Below are positions 35,473 to 44,810 of a stretch of DNA of 64,000 nt, piece by piece. Each line of letters begins with the position of its first letter. Within the stretch, counting starts at the first letter, position 1. Under the pieces are notes generated by a model. That model worked only from the letters and a program-made list of their open reading frames with translations. It made no database searches and was not told the DNA's origin. The position numbers were made by a program, and so were the translations under genes. Source of the stretch: a plasmid. Location of the stretch: sequence record NZ_LC532224.1, one strand, 5' to 3'.

Positions 35473-36288
35473 TCATTGTTCATGAGCCAGGCCCTGGTAT
35501 CCTGCCCAGCGTACGGCCAGCCGCTCTAAGTCCAGATCGTACACCAGCGGTGTGATTTTACGGCCTTCAAACAGCTCGCCCAGCTCAATGCCTGGCTTAA
35601 AATGAACGGTCAGGGTGGCCGGATCTATGCCCATAAGATCGGCATCAAACAGAGCATGCATTGTTGGAGTCATCAGGATGCCATTAGACGGATTGTACCG
35701 GGTTCCATGTTCAATGTGTGCCGCATCCAGGACACCGCCATTAACCCAACCGGTTACCGCACAACGGCCCGCGAAATTCTCGATGAGCAGAGCTTTAAAT
35801 TTACCCTGTGCCACGCCACTACGTTGCGTCACTACGCGCTCGCAGTGCTCACCCTGGATATCTACGTCAGGTTTCCGCTTTGGTTCGCTGGTGGCCGTCT
35901 CAGCTTGTTTTAGGGTGGAACGTGGATAGGCCAGGTTATATGCTGCGCCTGTGGTCATTTGCTCGATGACCGCAGGTGCATAACCTTCTGCTTCCAGCTT
36001 ACGATATGCAGCCCGGTAGTCTCTTTGGGTTTTCAGCGGGTATATCTTTCCGCCTTTACCATCGAAAGCGATAAACCAGAAATCGTCCGTGCCAGTTTCC
36101 AGATTTCTGCAACGTTTCAGATGCCATCCGCCTTCTCTCGCCCAGATGGTACGGTTATTTCTGGCATTCGTTTTGTCATAACCGTTCTCGTCAAGCCAGC
36201 TATCAAAGCTGGTCAGCCCCAGATCCTGAACCTCCAGAGAAGGCACTCGAATGACCTGCAAGGTATGGCGGGGTCTTGGCTCTCTCAT
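35473..36288 (-). CDS. Second HNH endonuclease paralog with a different N-terminal domain
   Basis: CAVTGW...AAHIEHG...NGILMTPTMHALFDADL. Confidence 0.6.
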   Translation of the reverse strand: MREPRPRHTLQVIRVPSLEVQDLGLTSFDSWLDENGYDKTNARNNRTIWAREGGWHLKRCRNLETGTDDFWFIAFDGKGGKIYPLKTQRDYRAAYRKLEAEGYAPAVIEQMTTGAAYNLAYPRSTLKQAETATSEPKRKPDVDIQGEHCERVVTQRSGVAQGKFKALLIENFAGRCAVTGWVNGGVLDAAHIEHGTRYNPSNGILMTPTMHALFDADLMGIDPATLTVHFKPGIELGELFEGRKITPLVYDLDLERLAVRWAGYQGLAHEQ

Positions 36289-36300
36289 CTTGATCTCTTC

Positions 36301-36711
36301 CTAGCGCTGGTCTGGGAAATACGGATATTGCGGGCCATATTCATAGTCATGCGGGCCTGGCTCAACTTCCCAGAATGGACGGCCGCTAATTGTCTTTGGA
36401 CCGCGCTCGTTTACGATGTCTTCTACATCCTGAATATTAAATGGCATCGTTGCCAGTAACAGCTGATCTTCGGGTGTCAGCGTCACAGTTGCACCGTCGA
36501 TACGGCTGTAAAGGTCGGCAAACTGTTTACCTGCACCGTGCAACCGGTGCTCCGCTACACTTCTGATTGCGTGTAAGTCCAGCTCCGCCGCTTCCATGCG
36601 ATCCACGTATAGTTTCATTTCTTTACGCAAAGCGCTCAGCTCACGGGCTTTAATAAACCCGCAGGCGTACCCACCCAGGGCGATAACTGCAATGATTGCT
36701 AAAATTGCCAT
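36301..36711 (-). CDS. Membrane-anchored 136-aa protein
   Basis: N-terminal TM MAILAIIAVIALGGY. 12 bp downstream of the HNH gene start on the same strand. Confidence 0.4.
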   Translation of the reverse strand: MAILAIIAVIALGGYACGFIKARELSALRKEMKLYVDRMEAAELDLHAIRSVAEHRLHGAGKQFADLYSRIDGATVTLTPEDQLLLATMPFNIQDVEDIVNERGPKTISGRPFWEVEPGPHDYEYGPQYPYFPDQR

Positions 36712-36811
36712 TTTTTTCTCTCACGTGATTGCGGCCGTTACTCTAGTCTTAATGTGAAGTCTGGGAATTCGCTGGATGTTAAGTACGTTTTCATCCCCAG
36801 ACTGACAGATG

Positions 36812-37018
36812 CTAAGGCGCGATCCCAACACTCCATTTGTAAGTATCAGGCCCATCTTCTCCGCTGGTGGCATCTGCTACAATCTGTGCATAACGTTCTC
36901 CAGCAAGTTCTCTTACCATCTGATCCACGACCCATTGCAGATGATGCATTTCATCGGTTCCGCCGTAACGACAAGCCAACTCAATAGCCCGCTCTATTCT
37001 TTTTTGTTCTTCAGTCAT
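36812..37018 (-). CDS. Small 68-aa protein
   Basis: ORF only. Confidence 0.3.
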   Translation of the reverse strand: MTEEQKRIERAIELACRYGGTDEMHHLQWVVDQMVRELAGERYAQIVADATSGEDGPDTYKWSVGIAP

Positions 37019-37078
37019 ACTGAATCCTCACGCTTACATCAGCTATTCTGAAAACATGCACACTATAAATTGCGGCTG

Positions 37079-38404
37079 TCATTTCTCAGCCAGGCGCCTG
37101 CATTGCTGCCTCATTCCATCAAAAATACTTTCCGCAAGCTGCTGGGGGAACTGGTCCGGAAGAAGCCCGCTAACACGTTCAATGACACCCGGGGTTCTGG
37201 CGATGATTTCCTCTATCATCGCCTCTGTCTGCTGTTTACTCAGGCCGGTTATCTCACCATGCCTGATCCAGTGGCGTCGTTGTATTCGATATATCTGGTA
37301 ATAGTTGCTACTGCCACGTACGGCCATCGCCAGTTTGCACTTCTGCCAGGATATCTGATTGTTCCCATGACCGATCACCGGCCATGCCGACAACACATCA
37401 TAGAGTGGTGTAAGGTGATAACGTCCCTGTGGCCCAATAGAAATACTGAAATTTTTAGCGTGGCCATCTGTTGCGGCCATCATCCAGAAAACTATCTGCG
37501 TCATAAAAAACTGCGCTTTGTCACGCTCAGCACGGTCTGAATTACTCAGAACTTCCATAATTTCCGATATACCTGGCCCGCCGTCCGCCTGATATTTTCG
37601 TAATGGCGAAATGCCCAGGGCCTGACACATATCCTCCTGGGGTAAACGAATGATCCATTGTCCGTTTCCTGACCATTTTCGGTCAAAACGTTCTACCACC
37701 AGCGCTTTCTGATCTTCAAAGTGAGCAATCTGCGTTCTTGCCACGGGGAGCCCGTACTGTTCGAGAAGTACCGAGCAGAGCCATTCATTTTCAACCGACG
37801 AGCGCATGTCGGCTTTCATGTTCCCCACAAGTCCGAGCGGTAGCTTGAATATATGCGTCGTTGGTGTATTACCCTCCGGCATACACCACCGATCTTCATG
37901 CCACAGTAGGGCTGTTTTCTCCTGAGCACCGGCAATAGATAAACGTAAGTCGTCGTTATCTTCTGGCCTGCCCGGTAGCAATGTCTCCGTGGTATTACGC
38001 AAAGTTGCCGCAATTTCTGATTCAGTAAGCGGGTGATACTTCACGGAATATAAATCTGTGGGTTCATCTCCGTCATGAAGCAGCTGTATCGCGCCCACGC
38101 AGTCTTTTCCCAGCTCCGTCAGAAGATCAAAAGGCTCCAGGCTATCGGCCTTGTAACGCATTGCCAGACGTCTGCGTATGCCTTCGCTGTCCGGGAGTAA
38201 ATTATCAAAATAGTCACGTACCACATTTCCACGCCAGACCTGGTTCCCGGGAGTAAAAGGAAGGGACAATGACAGCGGCCTTCCCTGTTCGTCTGCACTC
38301 CAGTCAGGAAGGTATTGTAAGCTGTCTACCCCTTTACTTTTTTCCCAGTATCCGACTTTGATTCCGTTCATCCAGATTGCCAGACGCTGCTGTTTCCGGC
38401 TCAT
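37079..38404 (-). CDS. hipA: HipA-family Ser/Thr kinase toxin
   Basis: 441 aa, collinear with E. coli HipA (...VAGAQEKTALL...RLPQEDMCQ...GATDGHAKNFS...). Confidence 0.85.
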   Translation of the reverse strand: MSRKQQRLAIWMNGIKVGYWEKSKGVDSLQYLPDWSADEQGRPLSLSLPFTPGNQVWRGNVVRDYFDNLLPDSEGIRRRLAMRYKADSLEPFDLLTELGKDCVGAIQLLHDGDEPTDLYSVKYHPLTESEIAATLRNTTETLLPGRPEDNDDLRLSIAGAQEKTALLWHEDRWCMPEGNTPTTHIFKLPLGLVGNMKADMRSSVENEWLCSVLLEQYGLPVARTQIAHFEDQKALVVERFDRKWSGNGQWIIRLPQEDMCQALGISPLRKYQADGGPGISEIMEVLSNSDRAERDKAQFFMTQIVFWMMAATDGHAKNFSISIGPQGRYHLTPLYDVLSAWPVIGHGNNQISWQKCKLAMAVRGSSNYYQIYRIQRRHWIRHGEITGLSKQQTEAMIEEIIARTPGVIERVSGLLPDQFPQQLAESIFDGMRQQCRRLAEK

Positions 38405-38408
38405 ATCG

Positions 38409-38705
38409 TTACCATTTCTCCTGTCGTGCAGGTGAGTTTGATTTAAGCATTTCTTCCGTCTGCTTCCCCTCTGAAGAGGCGGTTGTCGAGGAGAAGCTGA
38501 TTTTTACGCCCAGGATAGAAAACACCTTGAATAGCCGTTCAATGCTCGCACTGGCAGGGTTGGCTTCCAGACGTGAGTATGTCTGTTGAGTGACCCCTAA
38601 CCTTTCGGACAGGTCTTTTTGCGTCAGGCCATTCGCCTTGCGAAAACCAATGAGCAAGGGACGCAACTGGTTGAGCGTGTTTAACGGGTAATCATTATTG
38701 ATCAT
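38409..38705 (-). CDS. hipB: HipB-like XRE-family HTH antitoxin
   Basis: LTQKDLSERLGVTQQTYSRLE HTH. 4 bp upstream of hipA. Confidence 0.8.
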   Translation of the reverse strand: MINNDYPLNTLNQLRPLLIGFRKANGLTQKDLSERLGVTQQTYSRLEANPASASIERLFKVFSILGVKISFSSTTASSEGKQTEEMLKSNSPARQEKW

Positions 38706-38739
38706 AAGCTGGCCTCAGTAGTTCCTCTGATACACCTTG

Positions 38740-38830
38740 TACGCTGTTTTCTAAACATACACCCTAAAAGCTGTAATATCAAATTAACAGCCTAAAAGCT
38801 GTTAAATAGAGAGTACAACCTTTAGGCTGT
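38740..38830. promoter_or_regulatory. Operator-like repeats upstream of hipB
   Basis: AACAGC-CTAAAA-GCTGTT perfect inverted repeat plus related copies CTAAAAGCTGT and CTTTAGGCTGTTA. Confidence 0.4.
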
Positions 38831-39102
38831 TACTAAGTGGCAGCATAAATCTTTATGAGGTTTGATATGAGAGAACTATCAATAATAAGCCGTTACGCTC
38901 GTACAGCATCCGGTAAGAGAGCTGACAGATCAGGATCATCGGTAAACGAGAAGCGGAGTATCTTATGGCCCTGTTGTGAGCTGTATAAATAACTACGAGC
39001 TACTCTCTGCCTCGGGGAGGAGGCAGAGAGAGTATTAAAAGCAAAGGCAGACATTTTTAGCAGCTGGTGGGCTATGGGGTTCCGGAGGTGCTCCGGTGAA
39101 TG

Positions 39103-40491
39103 TTACTTGACTGGCAAGTTTCCTGCTCTGATGGTCAATGCCTCGATGCTGTCTATATTGTTCTGAAGCCGTTCCAGTTCTGCCTTTTCAATACCGGCCC
39201 AAAGCTTTAAGTGTCGCTGATAAAGGGACCACTTGAGTGAGTGAAAACCATTCCAGGCCAACCCCATCCAGGAGGCGTAATTCGCATTGAGAATATTGCC
39301 GGTGATATACATTTTACCTGCGTTAACAGCACTGGAAGTTCCATAACCCAGGGCAAGCATCATCCGGAAGCGTGGATTTAGCCGCAACGGCATGGTATCC
39401 AGTAAGGTCTCCCCAAAAGCTCCTTTTCCCAGCGATACCTGTTTCGCCACATAGAAAACCCGCATCAAAACTTCCATTATGCTCATCGGAATACTTGTCA
39501 CGATAAACTGACGAAAGTCATACCCGTTGACATACATGTACTCTATTTGTTTGCCGAAGTTAGAACTCCCCACAGGGATCCCCTCAAGCATACGAAGTAG
39601 CCCCATAAAAGGAGCCGGTAACCCCATGCCACGGTTTCCTTTTGCTGAGGGGGCATTAACATCCGATGCCAGGTGTCCAAACATTCTGGCGATGAGCCTG
39701 AAAATATTGGTTTCGTCTGTAACGCCTTTACTGGAAGGATAAACCACGATCTGTCCATTCTGAACCACCGTACAGGTCCCGTTCAGCATATCCTTTATAC
39801 CGAAAATAATGCCCAGTACGGGATCGTGTGACAAAGCTCTTAAGCGGTGATTTGTGGGAGACAAAACGCCACCGGCCGCACCCACTAAATCGCTGCTGAT
39901 CGAACTGTCTGGTGCCCCTATAGGGAACAAATCTGAGAGTTTTGTACTCAGGTCCTCCGGCAAAATGGCATTGAAGGCTTTCTGCACCTGTTTATTGAAA
40001 ATACCATCCACTTCTGCCGTAAAGCTCACCGTAGGTTTTGGCGGGGCTCTGACGCAAAGTAAATCCAGCATGGATGCTATGAGCCCGCATCCGCAGGCAA
40101 TAGCATAATCCCAGGCGTCGAGTGCGTAGCGATCATTAAATTCTTTAATATGATTCTGGATCCGGGCATCTACAACAGCCAAGTCATCCGTGGAGAGTAT
40201 TGTGGCCAGTCCAATATCACTGCATACACGCTGGTTAGCCTCGCTATATATAGTCTTGAGACCAGTAGAATGCATGGCAGTATCTGAAGGGGTCATTTCT
40301 CGCAGATGATGTTCTTTAAGCGCCAGATGCTCCGCTTCATCAAGTTCAGTGCCGCTGATTAGCCCGGTCAACTGTGCCTTAAGGCTCTCTATATCACTGT
40401 TAATTGTCTCGTGAGCGTTCGCGATATCCTGACCACGGAGCTGAATATAACGGATGGCCCTGAACTCATCATCATAAGGAGACTGACTCAT
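39103..40491 (-). CDS. Hypothetical 462-aa protein, third gene of the protease operon
   Basis: No nucleotide-binding or known motif seen. 4 bp after the upstream gene. Confidence 0.55.
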   Translation of the reverse strand: MSQSPYDDEFRAIRYIQLRGQDIANAHETINSDIESLKAQLTGLISGTELDEAEHLALKEHHLREMTPSDTAMHSTGLKTIYSEANQRVCSDIGLATILSTDDLAVVDARIQNHIKEFNDRYALDAWDYAIACGCGLIASMLDLLCVRAPPKPTVSFTAEVDGIFNKQVQKAFNAILPEDLSTKLSDLFPIGAPDSSISSDLVGAAGGVLSPTNHRLRALSHDPVLGIIFGIKDMLNGTCTVVQNGQIVVYPSSKGVTDETNIFRLIARMFGHLASDVNAPSAKGNRGMGLPAPFMGLLRMLEGIPVGSSNFGKQIEYMYVNGYDFRQFIVTSIPMSIMEVLMRVFYVAKQVSLGKGAFGETLLDTMPLRLNPRFRMMLALGYGTSSAVNAGKMYITGNILNANYASWMGLAWNGFHSLKWSLYQRHLKLWAGIEKAELERLQNNIDSIEALTIRAGNLPVK

Positions 40492-40495
40492 GTGT

Positions 40496-41065
40496 TTACC
40501 TCACCGCGACCAGGCTACCTTTTGGAGCTTTCTTAGTAAGCATGTCGATTGTTGCCTTGATGCCAGCAATTTCTGCCTTAAAATATTCCGCATTCGACAT
40601 CAACCTTTCCTGAACTTCGTAGAGCTTTTGGATGGCCTGACTAAGGGCGGCTGTCAGTTTCGCATTTTTTTTGTGTTTCACTATCGCGTACCCGCCAATC
40701 CCTAACACAGCTACAGGTGCGGCCAATACCGCAATGCCTGCAACCATACCGCCACCGACGATAGACCCTGCTGTAGCGAGCCCGGAGGTTATGCCTGCTG
40801 CTGACACTCCCGTTGTACCAAGCGTATAGAGAGCACCGAAGGAAGCCGCTGCGCCTACGCCTGACCCCGCCAAAGCTGCTGCGCCCTCAGTAATACCCGG
40901 GAACTTATTTTCAAGCGCCTGAAGAGCACTTGTAACTTCATCCATTGCCTTCTTGCGAATTTTTTCGAGCTCTTCAGTTTCGGTAGCGTCCATTACAGGC
41001 CTCGTATTCATAACTTGCTGTGTGATAGGTGAAAAAGAGCACCATAAAAGTGATGAAGAAATCAT
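40496..41065 (-). CDS. Glycine-zipper membrane protein (Gly/Ala-rich TM hairpin between amphipathic helices)
   Basis: GSGVGAAASFGALYTLGTTGVSAAGITSGLATAGSIVGGGMVAGIAVLAAPVAVLGIGGYAIV. The likely start is the internal MDATETE. Confidence 0.5.
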   Translation of the reverse strand: MISSSLLWCSFSPITQQVMNTRPVMDATETEELEKIRKKAMDEVTSALQALENKFPGITEGAAALAGSGVGAAASFGALYTLGTTGVSAAGITSGLATAGSIVGGGMVAGIAVLAAPVAVLGIGGYAIVKHKKNAKLTAALSQAIQKLYEVQERLMSNAEYFKAEIAGIKATIDMLTKKAPKGSLVAVR

Positions 41066-41195
41066 GACTTACTATTGTGGCACTTTCGAGTTCATGTTTG
41101 TCAGTTTCAATGCTGTTGCTGTTAGTAAGGGCAGACGCCATATCGGGCAGACCCAAAATAACTATCGTGCCAGCGTCATTTTGGAACTGACTTTG

Positions 41196-41852
41196 CTAAA
41201 AATCAGTAGCGGACTGAACAGACATGTGTGGATTTGAATCTGGGCAGGTTCCAGACATTATTCCAACCAGACTTCCAATGACAAAATGCTCGTCATTCTC
41301 GGAGACGACATAGGGTCCACCAGAGCAACCATCGGTGTTGAAATGTGCTATTACAAAGCGAGTTGTGAGATGTTGGGGAGAATGATTTGAGCAATTTAAA
41401 GGCCAAATGCCTGAAACTTCACCAGGGAATGTCGAAATTGTTGTCTCATTCATTGGATATCCGACACCCAATGTACCCATGCCAGCTGCGGGAGCCAGGA
41501 CCTTAAAGTAACTACTTACAGGCTGTTGTATTCCAGCTGGTAATACGATTTCTGCACTGTCAACAAACGGAATGCCGTCTTTAAAGTCTGCCCTGTCATT
41601 AGCCTCATTGAGAATGAAATCGACTAGAACAGGCTCTTCGTTCACCAGTCCTTGATGGTTAAGAAATTTGACGTAAAGTTTAAGTGTATTGCTGACGGGA
41701 TAAATTTTTCCAAGAGCATTGGTAACAACATGGGCTGCGGTGAGAATCTTTTGCTGCTGACCATTATCGAAACCAAACGCAGTTGCTTCGAGATGGCTAC
41801 TAAAATGAGGATCATTGCTTACATAGATTTTACAAACGTAGTTTTCAAACAT
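41196..41852 (-). CDS. Cytoplasmic trypsin-like serine protease (218 aa, no signal peptide)
   Basis: His (LTAAHVV) and Ser (DGCSGGP) in trypsin order. Confidence 0.6.
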   Translation of the reverse strand: MFENYVCKIYVSNDPHFSSHLEATAFGFDNGQQQKILTAAHVVTNALGKIYPVSNTLKLYVKFLNHQGLVNEEPVLVDFILNEANDRADFKDGIPFVDSAEIVLPAGIQQPVSSYFKVLAPAAGMGTLGVGYPMNETTISTFPGEVSGIWPLNCSNHSPQHLTTRFVIAHFNTDGCSGGPYVVSENDEHFVIGSLVGIMSGTCPDSNPHMSVQSATDF

Positions 41853-42187
41853 TATTTCCTCCTTTTGCCGGTACCTAATCAGTTACACGGCTGCATGTTA
41901 TAAACAACTAAACTCGCTTCCTGATATTTGAGTTTGTATGTTTTGCCAGGCACCAGCTCACCTCTGAAACACGGTTAGTCTCCTCCATGACATGGTTATG
42001 GCGATGGTCAGAAACTGTTATCGACGAAAGGCTGGAATTCCTTTAATGGCATTATCCATTTCAAGTCGTATGTCCTGAACGGGAGCGTATATTTTTATGA
42101 TTCCAGATCTTAACCCTGAAACATTCCCCGTATCAAAACTGACCCGTTACAGATAAGTCACCACCGGTGCTGTCGATTAATTTAGTG

Positions 42188-42444
42188 AATTGCATGTCCT
42201 CATCCCATAAAGGGTAGGGCCTACCCCCGGCATCGAGCAAACCTGACCACCCTGCCCTTATTAAGACCCCACATGCGGCAATGGTGCCCTGTCCACGCCG
42301 CCCGCGAACTTTGAGGAAATGGGGAGAAAATAAAAAGAAAACAAAAAGTTATCGGCTGAAGTACCGGCGCAGATCGGGAATCAGGCGAAGCCTGACAGCA
42401 CGTTAGGGCCTGGCAGGGGGCTTGAGGGATGAGGACATGCAATT
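42188..42444. repeat. 257-bp element bounded by perfect 19-bp inverted repeats (AATTGCATGTCCTCATCCC), GC-rich interior
   Basis: Inverted repeats at 42188-42206 and 42426-42444. GTG immediately outside both ends. Confidence 0.5.
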
Positions 42445-42510
42445 GTGATAACCTTCCCGCCACGGGGTCGGTTAAATTCGTATCCTGCCGGTGCAATTCC
42501 AACGGCCGCG

Positions 42511-42903
42511 TTACCAGTTCGCCGGGTAGCATGGCCAGCAAAGCCAGGCATCGAGCACCCGGGTTTCACTGACGGCCGCTGCATAGACGCCGGTATCCGG
42601 GAAGAAATAAACCGGGGTGGCGTTGTTCAGCTGGTCGCCTTCATCGGCCAGAGCGCCGATCACCTCATGAGGCTTAAGCAGCATATCCGTTAAATATTCA
42701 TCCGGGTGGATGGCATTCAGCGATATGGCCATCTCCAGAAATTCATCCAGGGTATGGCGGGTACGATACCCCCGGAAAACCTCGTATGAAGGCGTGACGC
42801 ATTCACCATCCAGGGAACAGGCATCGTAACCGGCCAGCTGCTCTTCGGTGAGTCCGGAGGCATGCTTTGCCACAAGATTCGTAAATTGCTCTTTATCGTC
42901 CAT
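42511..42903 (-). CDS. Hypothetical about 130-aa protein
   Basis: Start at MDDKEQF. Confidence 0.4.
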   Translation of the reverse strand: MDDKEQFTNLVAKHASGLTEEQLAGYDACSLDGECVTPSYEVFRGYRTRHTLDEFLEMAISLNAIHPDEYLTDMLLKPHEVIGALADEGDQLNNATPVYFFPDTGVYAAAVSETRVLDAWLCWPCYPANW

Positions 42904-43823
42904 CACAATCCTTACGCTGTAGGGGCCTGTTTGTGTTATCACTGCTTCCGGTTTTTACTTCGCACAACCCGGCAGGTATCCGGTCGCCCGGGCGTCCTTT
43001 GCGGTCTTGTTCGCCCTTCGCCTGAATTACGTCAAATCCCTTTCACTACCCGGCCGCAGGGTGACACCTCCCCTTTTCTCCGGAAGCGAAAGAGGAAGAA
43101 CAGTTTAACAGCCCGGATCCTCAATAATTTTCGCGTAACGGACTAAATAACCGGTTTATGCAGCTTCTGATAACCACAGACCGCGATAGAATAAAACGTC
43201 TGGTGAGGAACCGGAGTGTTATGTAAGCGGGGGGTTTAACTGGGTATCTGTGTAGTCCTATTTAGCCAGATATCCCGAATAAAAACCTCAACGATTAGGT
43301 AAACGAAATGGATGGATTCTGGTCGATGTTCTGTTTGTTTGTCGTGGTAGTTTCACTGCATAAAGCCCTTTCTGTAGCAGCAGCACGAGCAGACGCAGCA
43401 AAATTAAATATGCTTCTCAGAATGAGAAAGTTTAAAAAGTAGCTTTCAAGACATCTGAGAATTCTTTTAAATCCTCAGAGGAAGTTATATGTTTAGGCTA
43501 TTTGCAAACTAAGGTTGGAATTCCATCATTCTAGCCTTAGATCTTTGATCAAGTGAAGTTGCTCACTTGGTTGGATTTTACCGTTTCCTGACGGCTTTTC
43601 AGAAGCGAGGGCTGGTTGGAATGCCTTCCAGCTAGAAGTCTTGCAGATGCTCTCCGGGCATTAACTCATTGTCGAATCTGCACCAGTATCACTAGGTTGT
43701 TGAGCGGGCGATTAGCTTTTTCACTGAGCCGCTGTACACTCGACTGCTTCAAGAAGCACTACTTACCATTTGCCTGCCGTAAGGTCTGTTCTTAGCTGGA
43801 TTTTTTTGGGAGGATACGCAGTC

Positions 43824-44810
43824 ATGACAACTCAATCCAGCTCAATACAATACGCTTACGCGCTAGACGGCGAGGGCACCCTCACGCACATTGGCGCTGC
43901 CCTGCGCTCACATACTTACACCTGCCCAGGTTGTAAGAGCCCCCTGACCCCGGTAATGGGCGAGTTCAACGCTAAGCACTTTCGCCATTCGGAAGAATGC
44001 TGTGCCCTTGAAACCTATCTTCACAAGTGCGGCAAAGAAGCATTCTTCTATCGCTACCAACAAGCTCTCAGCCGTGAAATGCCTATTAGCCTTGAGCTGG
44101 AGCGCCGGGTTGCCTGTAATGGTTCTCGTTTAGCCTTGGTTAGAGACGAAGCACGTCAGTGCGTAAAATCCGTGCCTGCACGCTACAACTTGACTCAATT
44201 TTTCGATCAGGCAGAGCTGGAAAAACACGATAAGGTCACAGGGCTGCGACCAGACGTGATGTTGTATGATACGACTGGCGAAAGGCGTTGCTACGTAGAG
44301 ATTTGTGTCACACACCCCTGCTCTCAAGACAAGATCGAAGCCGGTATCCCGATTCTTGAGTTTAAGGTCCAATCTGCCTCTGATATTCAGATGTTGCTTA
44401 CCGGGGCCTACTCGATCAAGGAGAAGATCCTGAGAGTATTCAACTGGCTTCCCCCGTTTCAATCTGTGGACACCTGTAGCGGCGTCTGCTCAGTAGGTAA
44501 CGTGGATATGTCTGTCTGGAGTTTAAGTGGTTCCGGCCGACTCAACGAACAAACGATGCCGCTCGCTGAAGTGGATTTAACAATCAATTCTGACGTGAAC
44601 ACATGGCCTAGATCGTTAGGGGCCGCTGAGCTGGCTGATAACTTACGAGCTTTTATCCGTCACGCCGATCCTCATTCACTATTTCCCAACTGCATTATGT
44701 GCGAGCAAGCAGGCCGATGGGAGGATGGCTATCTGCAATGTCACAGTAAGGCAAAGATCGTTCCCTACACCGAGGCCCGTCAGTGCGCCAATTACAAGGT
44801 TAAGGCATGA
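43824..44810 (+). CDS. CoiA-like zinc-ribbon plus PD-(D/E)xK-type nuclease-domain protein
   Basis: Strong SD GGGAGGA before ATG(MTTQSS). CPGC...G....KHFRH (CoiA N-terminal pattern). RPDVMLYD...VEICVTH nuclease-core-like block. Cys/His-rich C-terminus. Stop overlaps the helicase ATG (ATGA). Confidence 0.5.
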   Translation: MTTQSSSIQYAYALDGEGTLTHIGAALRSHTYTCPGCKSPLTPVMGEFNAKHFRHSEECCALETYLHKCGKEAFFYRYQQALSREMPISLELERRVACNGSRLALVRDEARQCVKSVPARYNLTQFFDQAELEKHDKVTGLRPDVMLYDTTGERRCYVEICVTHPCSQDKIEAGIPILEFKVQSASDIQMLLTGAYSIKEKILRVFNWLPPFQSVDTCSGVCSVGNVDMSVWSLSGSGRLNEQTMPLAEVDLTINSDVNTWPRSLGAAELADNLRAFIRHADPHSLFPNCIMCEQAGRWEDGYLQCHSKAKIVPYTEARQCANYKVKA

